Source: Dehalococcoidia bacterium
GTDB taxonomy: Bacteria; Chloroflexota; Dehalococcoidia; Lucifugimonadales; UBA3495
Length of the DNA stretch: 35,193 nt
Assembly: GCA_041485445.1 (NCBI GenBank)
Contig: JBGPJN010000003.1
Coordinates: 1 to 35,193, forward strand
Direction: 5' to 3'
Each line of letters begins with the position of its first letter. Positions within the stretch are counted from its first letter, which is position 1. The position numbers and the translations under genes were made by a program. The notes beneath the pieces were generated by a model, which ran no database searches, had not been told where the DNA came from, and saw only the letters and a program-made list of their open reading frames with translations. This document shows, piece by piece, positions 25,686 through 34,569 of the stretch.

Positions 25686-26141
25686 TTACGCAGCCCGTGG
25701 CATGGGGTGATTGAGCACCAGCCAGTACAGGCCCACCTGCCGCACCGCCTCCACGAACTGGACGAAGTCCACCGGCTTGCGGATGTAGCTGTTCACGTGG
25801 TACTTGTAGCTATCCGCGATGTCTTTATCCTCGTTGGAGGAGGTGAGGGCCACCACCGGAATAGATTGAGTCCGGCGGTCCTCACGCAGGCGCCGCAGCA
25901 CTTCCAGGCCGCTCACCTTGGGGAGCTTCAGGTCCAGGAAGATGACCGTGGGCTGGACCTCGGGGTCCCGGTCCGCATGGGCGCCGGTGCAGAAAAGGTA
26001 GTCCAGCGCGTCGGCCCCGTCCCGTGTCACCACCAATTGATTGGCGATATTGTTCTTCTTCAGGGCGCGGATGGCCAGGGCCTCGTCGTCCGGGTTGTCT
26101 TCCACCAGCAGAATCACCTTGTCCTCTATAATAGTTGCCAT
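25686..26141 (-). CDS. Single-domain response regulator (Rcp1-like)
   Basis: LLVEDNPDD, LDLKLPKVSGLEVL, LTSS, NSYIRKPVDF, GLYWL. Confidence 0.93.
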   Translation of the reverse strand: MATIIEDKVILLVEDNPDDEALAIRALKKNNIANQLVVTRDGADALDYLFCTGAHADRDPEVQPTVIFLDLKLPKVSGLEVLRRLREDRRTQSIPVVALTSSNEDKDIADSYKYHVNSYIRKPVDFVQFVEAVRQVGLYWLVLNHPMPRAA

Positions 26142-26157
26142 TATTTCCTCTCCGCCG

Positions 26158-28038
26158 CTAAACTAGGATGGTAAAGTAGAAGGTAGCTCCCTTACCCACT
26201 GCCCCCTCCGCCCAGATCCGGCCGCCGTGACGGTGGATGACGCGCTGCACCGTGGCCAGCCCAATGCCCGAGCCCTCAAACTCATCGGTCTTGTGAAGCC
26301 GCTGGAACGCCCCGAAGAGCTTGTCGGCGTAGGCCATGTCAAACCCGGCGCCGTTATCCCGTATGAAAAAGGCCGGCTTCCCGTCGCTTTGGGTCACCCC
26401 GAACTCGATGCGGGCCTGAGGCTGCTTGGCGGTAAACTTCCAGGAGTTGCCTAGCAGGTTCTCCAGGGCGATGCGCAGCAGCTTGCCATCACCCTTCACC
26501 ATTGCTCCAGGGGCGATGGCGAACTCCGTCTGACGCTCCGGCTGCCGCTGTTTCAGGTCCGCGGCGACAGCCTCCACCAGCCCGCTCAGGTCCACGTCCT
26601 GCACCTCCATCTTGGTCCGGGTGGTGCGGGAGAGGCCCAGCAGGTCGTCAATGAGCTGGCCCATGCGCTGGGTGGCAGCGCGGACCCGCCTGAGGTACTC
26701 CTGTCCGGTGGAATCCAGCTTTTCCCCGTAGTCTTCCAACAGCGCCTGGCTGAAGCCGTCAATACTGCGCAGCGGGGTGCGCAGGTCGTGGGATACGGAG
26801 TAGCTGAAGGCCTCCAACTCCGAGTTGGTGGCAGTTAGCTCCGCGGTGCGCTCCGCCACGCGGTGTTCCAGGCTGTCAGCCAGTTGTTTGATATCTTGCG
26901 CCGCCCGCTCTGCCTCCTCCACCTGATGGTTCAGGCTGGCATAGGACGCCCGAAGTTGGGTGCTCATGCGGTTAAACTCCTCGCCGAGCTCCTCCAATTC
27001 GTCGCCGGTACGAACACGGATTGTCTGGTCCAGCATCCCCGCCCCAATGCGGGCGGCGCCGGACTGCAGGGCCAGGATTGGAGCCACCATTTTACGGGCC
27101 ATAACCACGCTAGCCAGAAATGACAGCCCGAGGCCGATGATCACGAGGAGAATGGCTCGCAGGATAGAGTCGTATAGGGGCGCAAAGGCCTCATTCAGAG
27201 GCTGTTCCAAGAAAACGGTCCAGCCCAGCGGAGCGATGGGTTGATAAGTAGTCAGAACCCGGTTCTTCTGGAGGTTTCGCTCGATAGATACTTGTGGTCT
27301 CCCCAGTGTAGCTGGTTCAGCCGATGCCGCCAGGGCCGCTTGGACCTGTGGCAAGGAGGACAGGTCGGTCCTCCGCAGAACCAGGCTGATGTCAGGATGG
27401 GCGATGAGCTGGCCGGAAGTGTCCACCACGTACGCATACCCGCCCTCCCCAATCTTGATCTGGGAGACCAACTCCGAGATGAATTTCAGGTTCACTTCGG
27501 CCACGGTGACCCCCGCGAGTTGTCCGGCGCCTACCATCGCTATAGTCATATACGGATCGGCGGACTCCTTGAGGAAATACACTGGGCTGAAGTAGGTTTT
27601 CCCGGTCTTGGCCAAGAAAAACTTGGGATCTCGTGACAAGTCTGACTGGCTCCCTATCACGTCCACGGCCAGGCGGGAGACTCTGAGCTGCTCCATGCCC
27701 AACGGATCCAATTGGCTTATTGCAGTGATTGCCGGGACCTGGCGAAGAAGCCTCAAATAGTCTAAGCGTCGCTGGTTCACAGCTTCTGAACTGGTGTTCC
27801 ACGGGTAATGGGTGGTCCAAGCGATCTGGTGCTCGGTCTCCTTAACAAACTGCTCTATTTGAGAGGCGGCGGCGATAGCCTTCTCCTGCTGGAGGAGGAC
27901 CTCCGCCGCCTTGTTTTGCTGGTAGACAAAATAGATCTCGATGAAACCGCTCGTCAGTGACGCCACGCCGATCAGGGTCACGAAAATGACCATGTACTTT
28001 CGGAAGAGGTTGCCCCGAGACTTACTCAGAGATCCCAT
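26158..28038 (-). CDS. Membrane sensor histidine kinase (dCache-HAMP-HisKA-HATPase)
   Basis: Two TM segments; YFSPVYF and GYAYVVDTSGQLIAHPD (Cache); HAMP GDELEELGEEFNRM; H-box FSYSVSHDLRTPLR; DNGAGFDM; GIGLA. Start at ATG 28038 (TTG 28059 is an alternative). Confidence 0.93.
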   Translation of the reverse strand: MGSLSKSRGNLFRKYMVIFVTLIGVASLTSGFIEIYFVYQQNKAAEVLLQQEKAIAAASQIEQFVKETEHQIAWTTHYPWNTSSEAVNQRRLDYLRLLRQVPAITAISQLDPLGMEQLRVSRLAVDVIGSQSDLSRDPKFFLAKTGKTYFSPVYFLKESADPYMTIAMVGAGQLAGVTVAEVNLKFISELVSQIKIGEGGYAYVVDTSGQLIAHPDISLVLRRTDLSSLPQVQAALAASAEPATLGRPQVSIERNLQKNRVLTTYQPIAPLGWTVFLEQPLNEAFAPLYDSILRAILLVIIGLGLSFLASVVMARKMVAPILALQSGAARIGAGMLDQTIRVRTGDELEELGEEFNRMSTQLRASYASLNHQVEEAERAAQDIKQLADSLEHRVAERTAELTATNSELEAFSYSVSHDLRTPLRSIDGFSQALLEDYGEKLDSTGQEYLRRVRAATQRMGQLIDDLLGLSRTTRTKMEVQDVDLSGLVEAVAADLKQRQPERQTEFAIAPGAMVKGDGKLLRIALENLLGNSWKFTAKQPQARIEFGVTQSDGKPAFFIRDNGAGFDMAYADKLFGAFQRLHKTDEFEGSGIGLATVQRVIHRHGGRIWAEGAVGKGATFYFTILV

Positions 28039-28152
28039 GGTGTCTATGCCCCCGGACAAGCAGTCATTCGTTCATCTCGTCGTCATTGCAGTCAGGCGCC
28101 GTCCCACCTGCCTGAGCCTGTCTTGTTTGACCGTACGCCGGGCCGCGGACCC

Positions 28153-29172
28153 TCATTCTTCAATCAACTTGTCTGCCAGAGCAAGGACCTCTCTGGGCAG
28201 CTCGATTCCCAAGGCCTTCGCCGTTTTAAGGTTAACGATGAATTCAAACTTCAGGGGGATTTGAATGGGGATTTCGCCAGGCTTTATGCCTCGCAATACT
28301 TGGTCCAGAGTTCCTGAGCACTGTCTTCCAAGCAGCCGCCATGACGGGCCGTACGAGGCGAGCATACCCCTTTTCGCGAAACCTTCTTCATGAGCCATGG
28401 TGGGAAGCTTGATTCTATTTGCCGCCTCAATGACCGCATCAGCCGCTCCAGTCACTTTTGCCTCGCCGAGATGGAAGAACGCATCATATTCGCCCTGAAC
28501 AAGGCCATTCATCACTGTCACAACCTCGTCTTTGGACCCAACATGTTTCTCCGCGAGGGTAACGCCTAGTGTGGTTGCAGCTTCACGGAGGGTGACGATG
28601 GCATCTTGCGAGAATTTATTTGCCGGATCGTAAAGAACGAGTACATTCTGAAGGTTGGGCAGCATCGTCCTGAGAATTTCCAGCCGCTTTGGGCCGGTCT
28701 GCCCGACGAAGTTACTGCAACCGGTAAGATTCGCTCCCGACGCGGTTAGGCTTTTTGCCAAGCCAGCGCCGACCGGATCACTTACAATATTGAAAACAAT
28801 CGGGATATCCTTTATGACCTGTGCCACCTCTAGTGTCACTGGCGTGGATACAGAGTAAATGGCATCGACCTGTTGGCTCAAAAACCCTTCAGCGGCAGCC
28901 TTTGCCTGCTCATTAGAACCCCCGGCATCGATGATGGTGTACTCAATGTTCTTTCCTTCCTCATAGCCAAGAGCGTTCATTCCCTGCTGCACGCCTATGA
29001 TAACTTCGGTTTGCCCACCGCCAAAGGAAACCACGCCGACTCGATACGGCTTTTGAGGTTGCGCTTTAATAGTTTGTCCCAGTGAACCTTGACACCCAAC
29101 CAGGGTGGCCAACATGATGACCACCATTGGGACCATAGTTAGAAAGGTTTTCTTCGTCCATGACCGGTTCAT
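28153..29172 (-). CDS. ABC-type substrate-binding lipoprotein (ABC_sub_bind / aromatic-amino-acid-binding-like), orphan
   Basis: Lipobox LVGC, LGYEEGKNI, VSDPVGAGL, ANLTG, LASYGP, IVNLKTAKALGI; SD GGAGGA. Confidence 0.9.
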   Translation of the reverse strand: MNRSWTKKTFLTMVPMVVIMLATLVGCQGSLGQTIKAQPQKPYRVGVVSFGGGQTEVIIGVQQGMNALGYEEGKNIEYTIIDAGGSNEQAKAAAEGFLSQQVDAIYSVSTPVTLEVAQVIKDIPIVFNIVSDPVGAGLAKSLTASGANLTGCSNFVGQTGPKRLEILRTMLPNLQNVLVLYDPANKFSQDAIVTLREAATTLGVTLAEKHVGSKDEVVTVMNGLVQGEYDAFFHLGEAKVTGAADAVIEAANRIKLPTMAHEEGFAKRGMLASYGPSWRLLGRQCSGTLDQVLRGIKPGEIPIQIPLKFEFIVNLKTAKALGIELPREVLALADKLIEE

Positions 29173-29208
29173 CGAATCCTCCTCCGTTTGCAGCTTTCCT
29201 ACACAGTG

Positions 29209-32169
29209 TCAGGATTTGTAAATTGGAATAGGCACAGAAGGTGAGTTGCTTGCCGCTACCGGTTGGCGCTGCCGTAGAGCCACCCGAAGGACAAACTCGG
29301 CTGAGTCCCGCACCTTGAGCCGCACTACTATTGCAGCGATGACTGAAACACTCAGAAAGAAGTATCCAACCATTGAGAAGCCGCCCGTAGCGAGTATCAG
29401 TCCTCCAATTGATCCACCCACCAAAGCACCGAACTGGCTGCTAAAGCTTGACATCGCCGTAGCTGTGGCCCGAGACTTGCCAGCCAGCTCCAATAGTAGG
29501 GTCGGCGTAGCAGCGTTTGAGACTCTCAAGAGCGCCACGGCTCCAAAGGCCAGCGCCACCGTCACCCATGGAGACATGTTGGTAGTAAATACCAGTTCAG
29601 CCAGAAGTCCACCCCACAGGGGAAAAGCGGTGAAGAAGGCCAAGCGATGGGGATGGTCAGCTACTTTTCCACTGATAAATCCGGCCGCTACTATGCCACT
29701 TCCGGCCAAGGACAGTGGCAGAATTGTTTCTCTTACGCTCATACCGTGGGTCTGAATGAGATTGGCCGCCAGGTAGGTGAACACGCCGTAAACAGCCATT
29801 TCCTGGAGGGCGTTGGCTGCCAACGCATACCACGCCACCCTGTTTGATCCCACTTCCCTGTAGTGAGTCAGGAAGGATGGAGTGTGGTCCGCCTCGCGCT
29901 GGCTCCTCGGGCACCACACCCAGAACAGCGCCAATAGTATCAGCAGCAGAATGCCAATGACGAAAAAGGGGAGTCGCCAGCCACCTAAGTCGAGCAGGAG
30001 CGCCACCACACCAATGCCGAAGCCTGCGCCGAGCCCTTGTGCACTGACCAGCCTGCCAATAGCCTTCCCGCGTTTTTCAACTGGAAATATGTCGGCTACA
30101 GTAGCTAAACAATTGGCGTAAACTATGCCGAGTCCCGCTCCCGTGACTAGACGGAATACCAGGAGCGAACCGTAGCTCCAGGCTAGGGCTGCGCCCAGCA
30201 CGCCCACCGCCATCAGCGCCAGACCGCTGAGAAGCATAGGACGTCTTCCGTAGGCGTCTGACAAGGGCCCCGACGCTAGCACTGTGAAAATCCGGGTTAT
30301 GGCCATGACCGTTACCAGTTGCCCAGCGACGGCCAGCGAAGTGTCTAAATCTCTAGCCAGGTCCACAAGTAGCGGCCCCAGCATCACAGTCACTGTGAAA
30401 GTTGAGAAGGTCGCTGCGGCGAGCAATAAAAGAACAAGATTAGCGGGTGGCTGACGTTTAGCCTTACTCAACTCCTGCGCCGCAACCGGCGTCCTCGGCA
30501 CGCCGCTGTCCATGCCTAGGGTAAAGTAGAAGGTAGCTCCCTTACCCACTGCCCCCTCCGCCCAGATCCGTCCGCCGTGACGGTGGATGACGCGCTGCAC
30601 CGTAGCCAGCCCAATGCCCGCGCCCTCAAACTCATCGGTTTTGTGAAGCCGCTGGAACGCCCCGAAGAGCTTGTCGGCGTAGGCCATGTCAAATCCAGCG
30701 CCGTTATCGCGTATGAAAAAGGCCGGCTTCCCGTCGCTTTGGGTCACCCCGAACTCGATGCGGGCCTGGGGCTGCTTGGCGGTAAACTTCCAGGAGTTGC
30801 CCAGCAGGTTCTCCAGGGCGATGCGCAGCAGCTTGCCATCACCCTTCACCATTGCTCCAGGGGCGATGGCGAACTCCGTCTGGCGCTCCGGCTGGCGCTG
30901 TTTCAGGTCCGCGGCGACAGCCTCCACCAGCGCGCTCAGGTCCACTTCATGCACCTCCATCTTGGCCCGGGTGGTGCGGGAGAGGCCCACCAGGTCGTCA
31001 ATGAGCTGGCCCATGCGCTGGGTGGCAGCGCGGACCCGCTTGAGGTAGTCATGCCCGGTGACATCCAGCTTTTCTCCGTAGTCCTCCAACAGCGCCTGGC
31101 TGAAGCCATCAATGCTGCGCAGCGGGGCGCGCAGGTCGTGGGACACCGAATAGCAGAAAGACTCTAGCTCTGAGTTAGTGTCCTCCGGGCCCACCGCGCG
31201 GCTTGTCAACTCCTCCTCCGCACGCTTACGTTGGCCTAGCTCACGCTGCAGCTTTTCATACATTCCGGCAAGTTGTTTGCTAGTGATTGCTCCGAAGAGC
31301 AGGAGCAGGAATAGGGAGGCCCCAGAAAAGCCCCAAACTATGTCGGTCAGAAGTTTCCGGTTGGATTGAAAGTTGGCCTGGGCTGCTGCGGTCTCTTGCG
31401 CTCCATCGGCAATGGCCTGGCGCATGAACCCTTCCAGTTCGTGGGATACCTTGTGCTCCTCGTCCAGGTGCAGCTTCAGGGCGGCGTCAATTTCCCCGGC
31501 TTCGTACAGGGCCAGCACACGGGCGCTGGCTTGGGAGAAGCGGAGATCAGCCTCCTTTACCTTGGCGAAAAGGTCCGCTTTGTCGGGCTCAAGTCTCTCC
31601 AACTCCTCTAGGTCAACTGAGAACCCTGCCTTGGCAGTAACGATCTTGGCATTGTTGGCATCGTCGCCCGTGAGGAGTGCCATGGCCCGGAAGTGGCTCT
31701 GGGAGGTGATGGCGTAAATCATCTGCTGGACTCGGCTTTCGTACTCTTGGCGGACCCCCAGCCGTTCCACGCTCACGCTCATGCGCTGGATGACGGCCAT
31801 GCTGAGGCCCGCCATACCCAGGAGGAGTAAGGCCCCCACCATAAAGCCGGACAGCAGCTTGAAGTGGACCCCCAGCTTCGCCTTGGCCGCCAGGTCTACC
31901 AGGGGGCGCAGCGGGTGGGCCCAGAGGGGGAGCAACCCGCGGGAGGTTTTCACCGGCGCGTCGGCATTCCGCGGTGCCTTGGGCGGTGGGGTGCCTTCCT
32001 TCACCGCTTTAGGCGCCGCCTTAGGTGGCGCCGCCTTAGGTGGCGCCGTCTTGGGGCGTTTCGGTGGCCGCTCCGGGCCAGCCGCGTGGTGGGCTTCCAC
32101 CACCCAGCCGCGCCGGACCGACGTATCCGGAGCTTCCTGCTGGGGTGGTATTTGTGGAGTTTTGGCCAC
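29209..32169 (-). CDS. Sensor histidine kinase fused to a C-terminal MFS transporter
   Basis: Single open frame: Pro/Lys-rich N-tail, TM1, helical extracytoplasmic domain, TM2, H-box FCYSVSHDLRAPLR, HATPase, then about 400 aa hydrophobic MFS region with motif A GPLSDAYGRR. Start placed at GTG 32169 after GAGGA (ORF track gives 32184). Confidence 0.85.
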   Translation of the reverse strand: MAKTPQIPPQQEAPDTSVRRGWVVEAHHAAGPERPPKRPKTAPPKAAPPKAAPKAVKEGTPPPKAPRNADAPVKTSRGLLPLWAHPLRPLVDLAAKAKLGVHFKLLSGFMVGALLLLGMAGLSMAVIQRMSVSVERLGVRQEYESRVQQMIYAITSQSHFRAMALLTGDDANNAKIVTAKAGFSVDLEELERLEPDKADLFAKVKEADLRFSQASARVLALYEAGEIDAALKLHLDEEHKVSHELEGFMRQAIADGAQETAAAQANFQSNRKLLTDIVWGFSGASLFLLLLFGAITSKQLAGMYEKLQRELGQRKRAEEELTSRAVGPEDTNSELESFCYSVSHDLRAPLRSIDGFSQALLEDYGEKLDVTGHDYLKRVRAATQRMGQLIDDLVGLSRTTRAKMEVHEVDLSALVEAVAADLKQRQPERQTEFAIAPGAMVKGDGKLLRIALENLLGNSWKFTAKQPQARIEFGVTQSDGKPAFFIRDNGAGFDMAYADKLFGAFQRLHKTDEFEGAGIGLATVQRVIHRHGGRIWAEGAVGKGATFYFTLGMDSGVPRTPVAAQELSKAKRQPPANLVLLLLAAATFSTFTVTVMLGPLLVDLARDLDTSLAVAGQLVTVMAITRIFTVLASGPLSDAYGRRPMLLSGLALMAVGVLGAALAWSYGSLLVFRLVTGAGLGIVYANCLATVADIFPVEKRGKAIGRLVSAQGLGAGFGIGVVALLLDLGGWRLPFFVIGILLLILLALFWVWCPRSQREADHTPSFLTHYREVGSNRVAWYALAANALQEMAVYGVFTYLAANLIQTHGMSVRETILPLSLAGSGIVAAGFISGKVADHPHRLAFFTAFPLWGGLLAELVFTTNMSPWVTVALAFGAVALLRVSNAATPTLLLELAGKSRATATAMSSFSSQFGALVGGSIGGLILATGGFSMVGYFFLSVSVIAAIVVRLKVRDSAEFVLRVALRQRQPVAASNSPSVPIPIYKS
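30520..31170. repeat. Near-identical duplicate of the kinase-core DNA at 26170-26820
   Basis: Aligns at offset 4350 with only scattered substitutions; both copies begin GGTAAAGTAGAAGGTAGCTCCCTTACCCACTGCCCCCTCCGCCCAGATCCG. Confidence 0.95.
32012..32056. repeat. 15-bp tandem repeat encoding PPKAA
   Basis: GGCGCCGCCTTAGGT twice plus one degenerate copy. Confidence 0.8.
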
Positions 32170-32272
32170 GGTGGCAGTCCTCACATTGAACGGGTCAAAA
32201 TTGACGCCCGGGATTCATCGTTGCTGGAAGGGCATGCTATCTGCGCCGCCAATGCCGGCGACGCCCTGGGCG

Positions 32273-32803
32273 TTAGTCCCGGTCGTCCTTCGGCTTCCAA
32301 ATGCTGGCGTAAACGGCCAGAGAAGCGGCCACCCAAACCACGTTCTTGATCACGTATTCCCCAATCTTGGTCAACAGGAACGGGTTGCCGTGGCGGAAAG
32401 CCACCTCCGGCAGGACCGGCAGCACCAGGAAGGTGCCGCCCATGTGGATGAAGAATGCGAATAAGCAAAGGTGCAGAAAGAGTCCCCGACCCACCAAGAA
32501 CCCCGACCCTATGATCATCTCCCCAACCCCCATCCAGGGGATCAGGTCCTCGGGCGCGGCAGGGAACCAATACAGCGTGTCGGTTACCAACTTGAAGTTG
32601 GAGTCGGGACCGATAACCTTTTCGGCGCCGAACCAGACGTAGACTAAGCCCAGGGATAAGCGGATGGCCGGGACCGCCAGGACCGCCAACAACCGGGCCA
32701 GCCGCCGGTCCTCACGAGTGACGGCCGCGACCAGCCCGCCAGGTTGGCTAATCCCGGAGAGCCTGGAGCCCGCCGGGATGCGATGAAACCGTGATGCTGC
32801 CAC
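32273..32803 (-). CDS. DoxX/DUF417-like membrane protein
   Basis: IRLSLGLVYVWFGAEK, GVGEMIIG, HMGGTFL, GEYVIKN. Confidence 0.75.
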   Translation of the reverse strand: MAASRFHRIPAGSRLSGISQPGGLVAAVTREDRRLARLLAVLAVPAIRLSLGLVYVWFGAEKVIGPDSNFKLVTDTLYWFPAAPEDLIPWMGVGEMIIGSGFLVGRGLFLHLCLFAFFIHMGGTFLVLPVLPEVAFRHGNPFLLTKIGEYVIKNVVWVAASLAVYASIWKPKDDRD

Positions 32804-33065
32804 GCGTTCCTCTTTCGTCTCGCGCTTCCGTGGTCCACTCGTTGTCTCTGCGCGATGGTGCCCGGTGCCGGATTGGGTTTCTCGGTGCTATAACCCCAAC
32901 CAGAAGTAAACGGGCGTGTGACTCTTAAGTTACCATCACGGCGAACTTAATCCCAAAGGGCAGGCACCCCTTTGCCAAGGTTGGCCAGGTCGCCCATTGA
33001 AAGAGCGTCAGGGATTAGTGGGGACAATGGGGGTGATGTAGTCTGGAACCGGTTGGGTTGCGGCA

Positions 33066-33099
33066 ACGAAAGGCCCACCGGCTTGGAGCCGGAGGGCCT
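33066..33099 (-). terminator. Intrinsic terminator after the UGSC gene
   Basis: AGGCCCTCCGGCT-CCA-AGCCGGTGGGCCT-TTCGT on the minus strand. Confidence 0.6.
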
Positions 33100-33170
33100 G
33101 GCAAGGGATGCGGGTTAGACGCCGGCGCGGTCCGCGGAGGGGTCCGCGCCAAAGGCGCGCCGGCCGGGCC

Positions 33171-33740
33171 TTACTCCAGGGTGCGGGCGCTGCGGTCCAG
33201 CAGAATGCGCTCCACCTCGGCGGCCAGCTGAGCGGCACGGGCCTTGCACTCTTCACCGGTGAGGCTGGACAGCGGGTGCTGGGCCACCACGAACTCAAAG
33301 CCGGGCACGCCCATCATCCGGGTCATGGCCTTGGCGGTGTTGAGGAAGACGTGGGTGATGATGGACGCGGTGGGGATGCCCAGCCGCTCCATTTCAATGC
33401 CGTCGTGCACACTGCACGAGCTGCAGGACCCTCAATCGCCGATGCCGGTGATCAGCACATCCACCTGGTTGAGGATGTCCTGGATCACCTCCGGCCTGGT
33501 GGGCAAAGAGGCGTGGTGCTTGCTGAAGTAGCGCACCTCCGCCAGGTCATACTTCTGCCGGAGAATCTCCCCCAGCTCATGGAGCACCTTGTCGGAGTTG
33601 GCCTTGGAGTTCTCCAGCAGGCCCAGGCGCTTGCCGCTGAGGCTGGTGAGGCGGGTGTTCAGGTGGAACTCGCCTGGGGCCAGGTCGGTGCCCCGGGGGT
33701 TGACCAGCCGCATGTTGCGAATGGTGACGGTTTCTGCCAT
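33171..33740 (-). CDS. UGSC-family selenoprotein (Sec at residue 103; 189 aa)
   Basis: ORFs 33432-33797 and 33171-33410 are one frame joined through TGA 33434-33432: ...TGIGD-U-GSCSSCSVHDGIEMERLGIP. SD AAGGAGGT before ATG 33740; selA and selC are in the same window. Confidence 0.9.
33403..33419 (-). promoter_or_regulatory. Candidate bacterial SECIS hairpin
   Basis: TCGTGCA-GTG-TGCACGA begins 12 nt 3' of the UGA, with G in the apical loop. Confidence 0.7.
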
Positions 33741-33895
33741 GTGTACCTCCTTGCCAGGGTATGTAACGGGGATATCGGCGTGACTCCTATGATACACCGG
33801 AGGCAGGGAAGCGCAAGATATGGCCTTGGGGAGTTGGGACTTGCCAGCCGCTACCCCCCTTGCTTCCGGCCCAGGGCGGAGCAGCAGTGTTTACA

Positions 33896-34300
33896 TCATT
33901 TCTTGGCGCGGAGCCTGGCTTTGACATCGCCCCACGCAATTCCAGGTTTGGCCGAGGAATGATGCGCCTCAAGGCGATGTTCCAGCTCATCTCGCTGCGC
34001 CTGGGTTACCTCCACCGGACGCAGGTTTAGCCAGTAGCAAATGGGCAGGCTGAAACCCAGGCCGCCCAGGATGGAGAGGACAACGAACCAGGGCCAGCGC
34101 ACCGGGCCGATGGGCCGCCGGGCGAAGTACGCCGTGATGATGGCCAGCGCCAGGAGGGCGTCCAGAATGAAGGCCAGGGCCAGCTTATCCTGCAGCACCG
34201 GCATAATGCCGTGGAACTCGGCCAGCAGCCAGTAGATAAAGAGACCGTTGGGGACGGTTAGGCCGAAGAGGGCAACGACCAGCAGCCACATGGCGGTCAT
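33896..34300 (-). CDS. Small membrane protein (DUF2834-like) with addiction-module-antitoxin-like C-terminal tail
   Basis: Three hydrophobic segments with GGLGFSLP, then EVTQAQRDELEHRLEAH...GIAWGDVKARL; SD GGAGG. Confidence 0.6.
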   Translation of the reverse strand: MTAMWLLVVALFGLTVPNGLFIYWLLAEFHGIMPVLQDKLALAFILDALLALAIITAYFARRPIGPVRWPWFVVLSILGGLGFSLPICYWLNLRPVEVTQAQRDELEHRLEAHHSSAKPGIAWGDVKARLRAKK

Positions 34301-34371
34301 GCCTCCGAGAGAGGGCAGGGACGACGATGTACGCCGCGCGGTGGACGCAGGCGATGGGGCGCCCCCGTTGG

Positions 34372-34569
34372 TTAGGCCGCTACTTGCTCATAGGTGACCT
34401 GCGTAATATCGGCGCGGTCCCTGGCATGTTCGATAGTAATAGCGCAGATATTGCCGTCGCGGTCCAGATCAAGCAAGGTGCTCTCGTCGAGATCCCGAGT
34501 CTCGGCGACCTCGGCATCCTTGAACTCAACGTAAAGGGTATCAGTATCTTGGAAGTATTTGATCTTCAT
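34372..34569 (-). CDS. DUF2283-like putative antitoxin
   Basis: MKIKYFQDTDTLYVEF...LLDLDRDGNICAITIEHA; ATGA overlap with the upstream gene. Confidence 0.85.
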   Translation of the reverse strand: MKIKYFQDTDTLYVEFKDAEVAETRDLDESTLLDLDRDGNICAITIEHARDRADITQVTYEQVAA

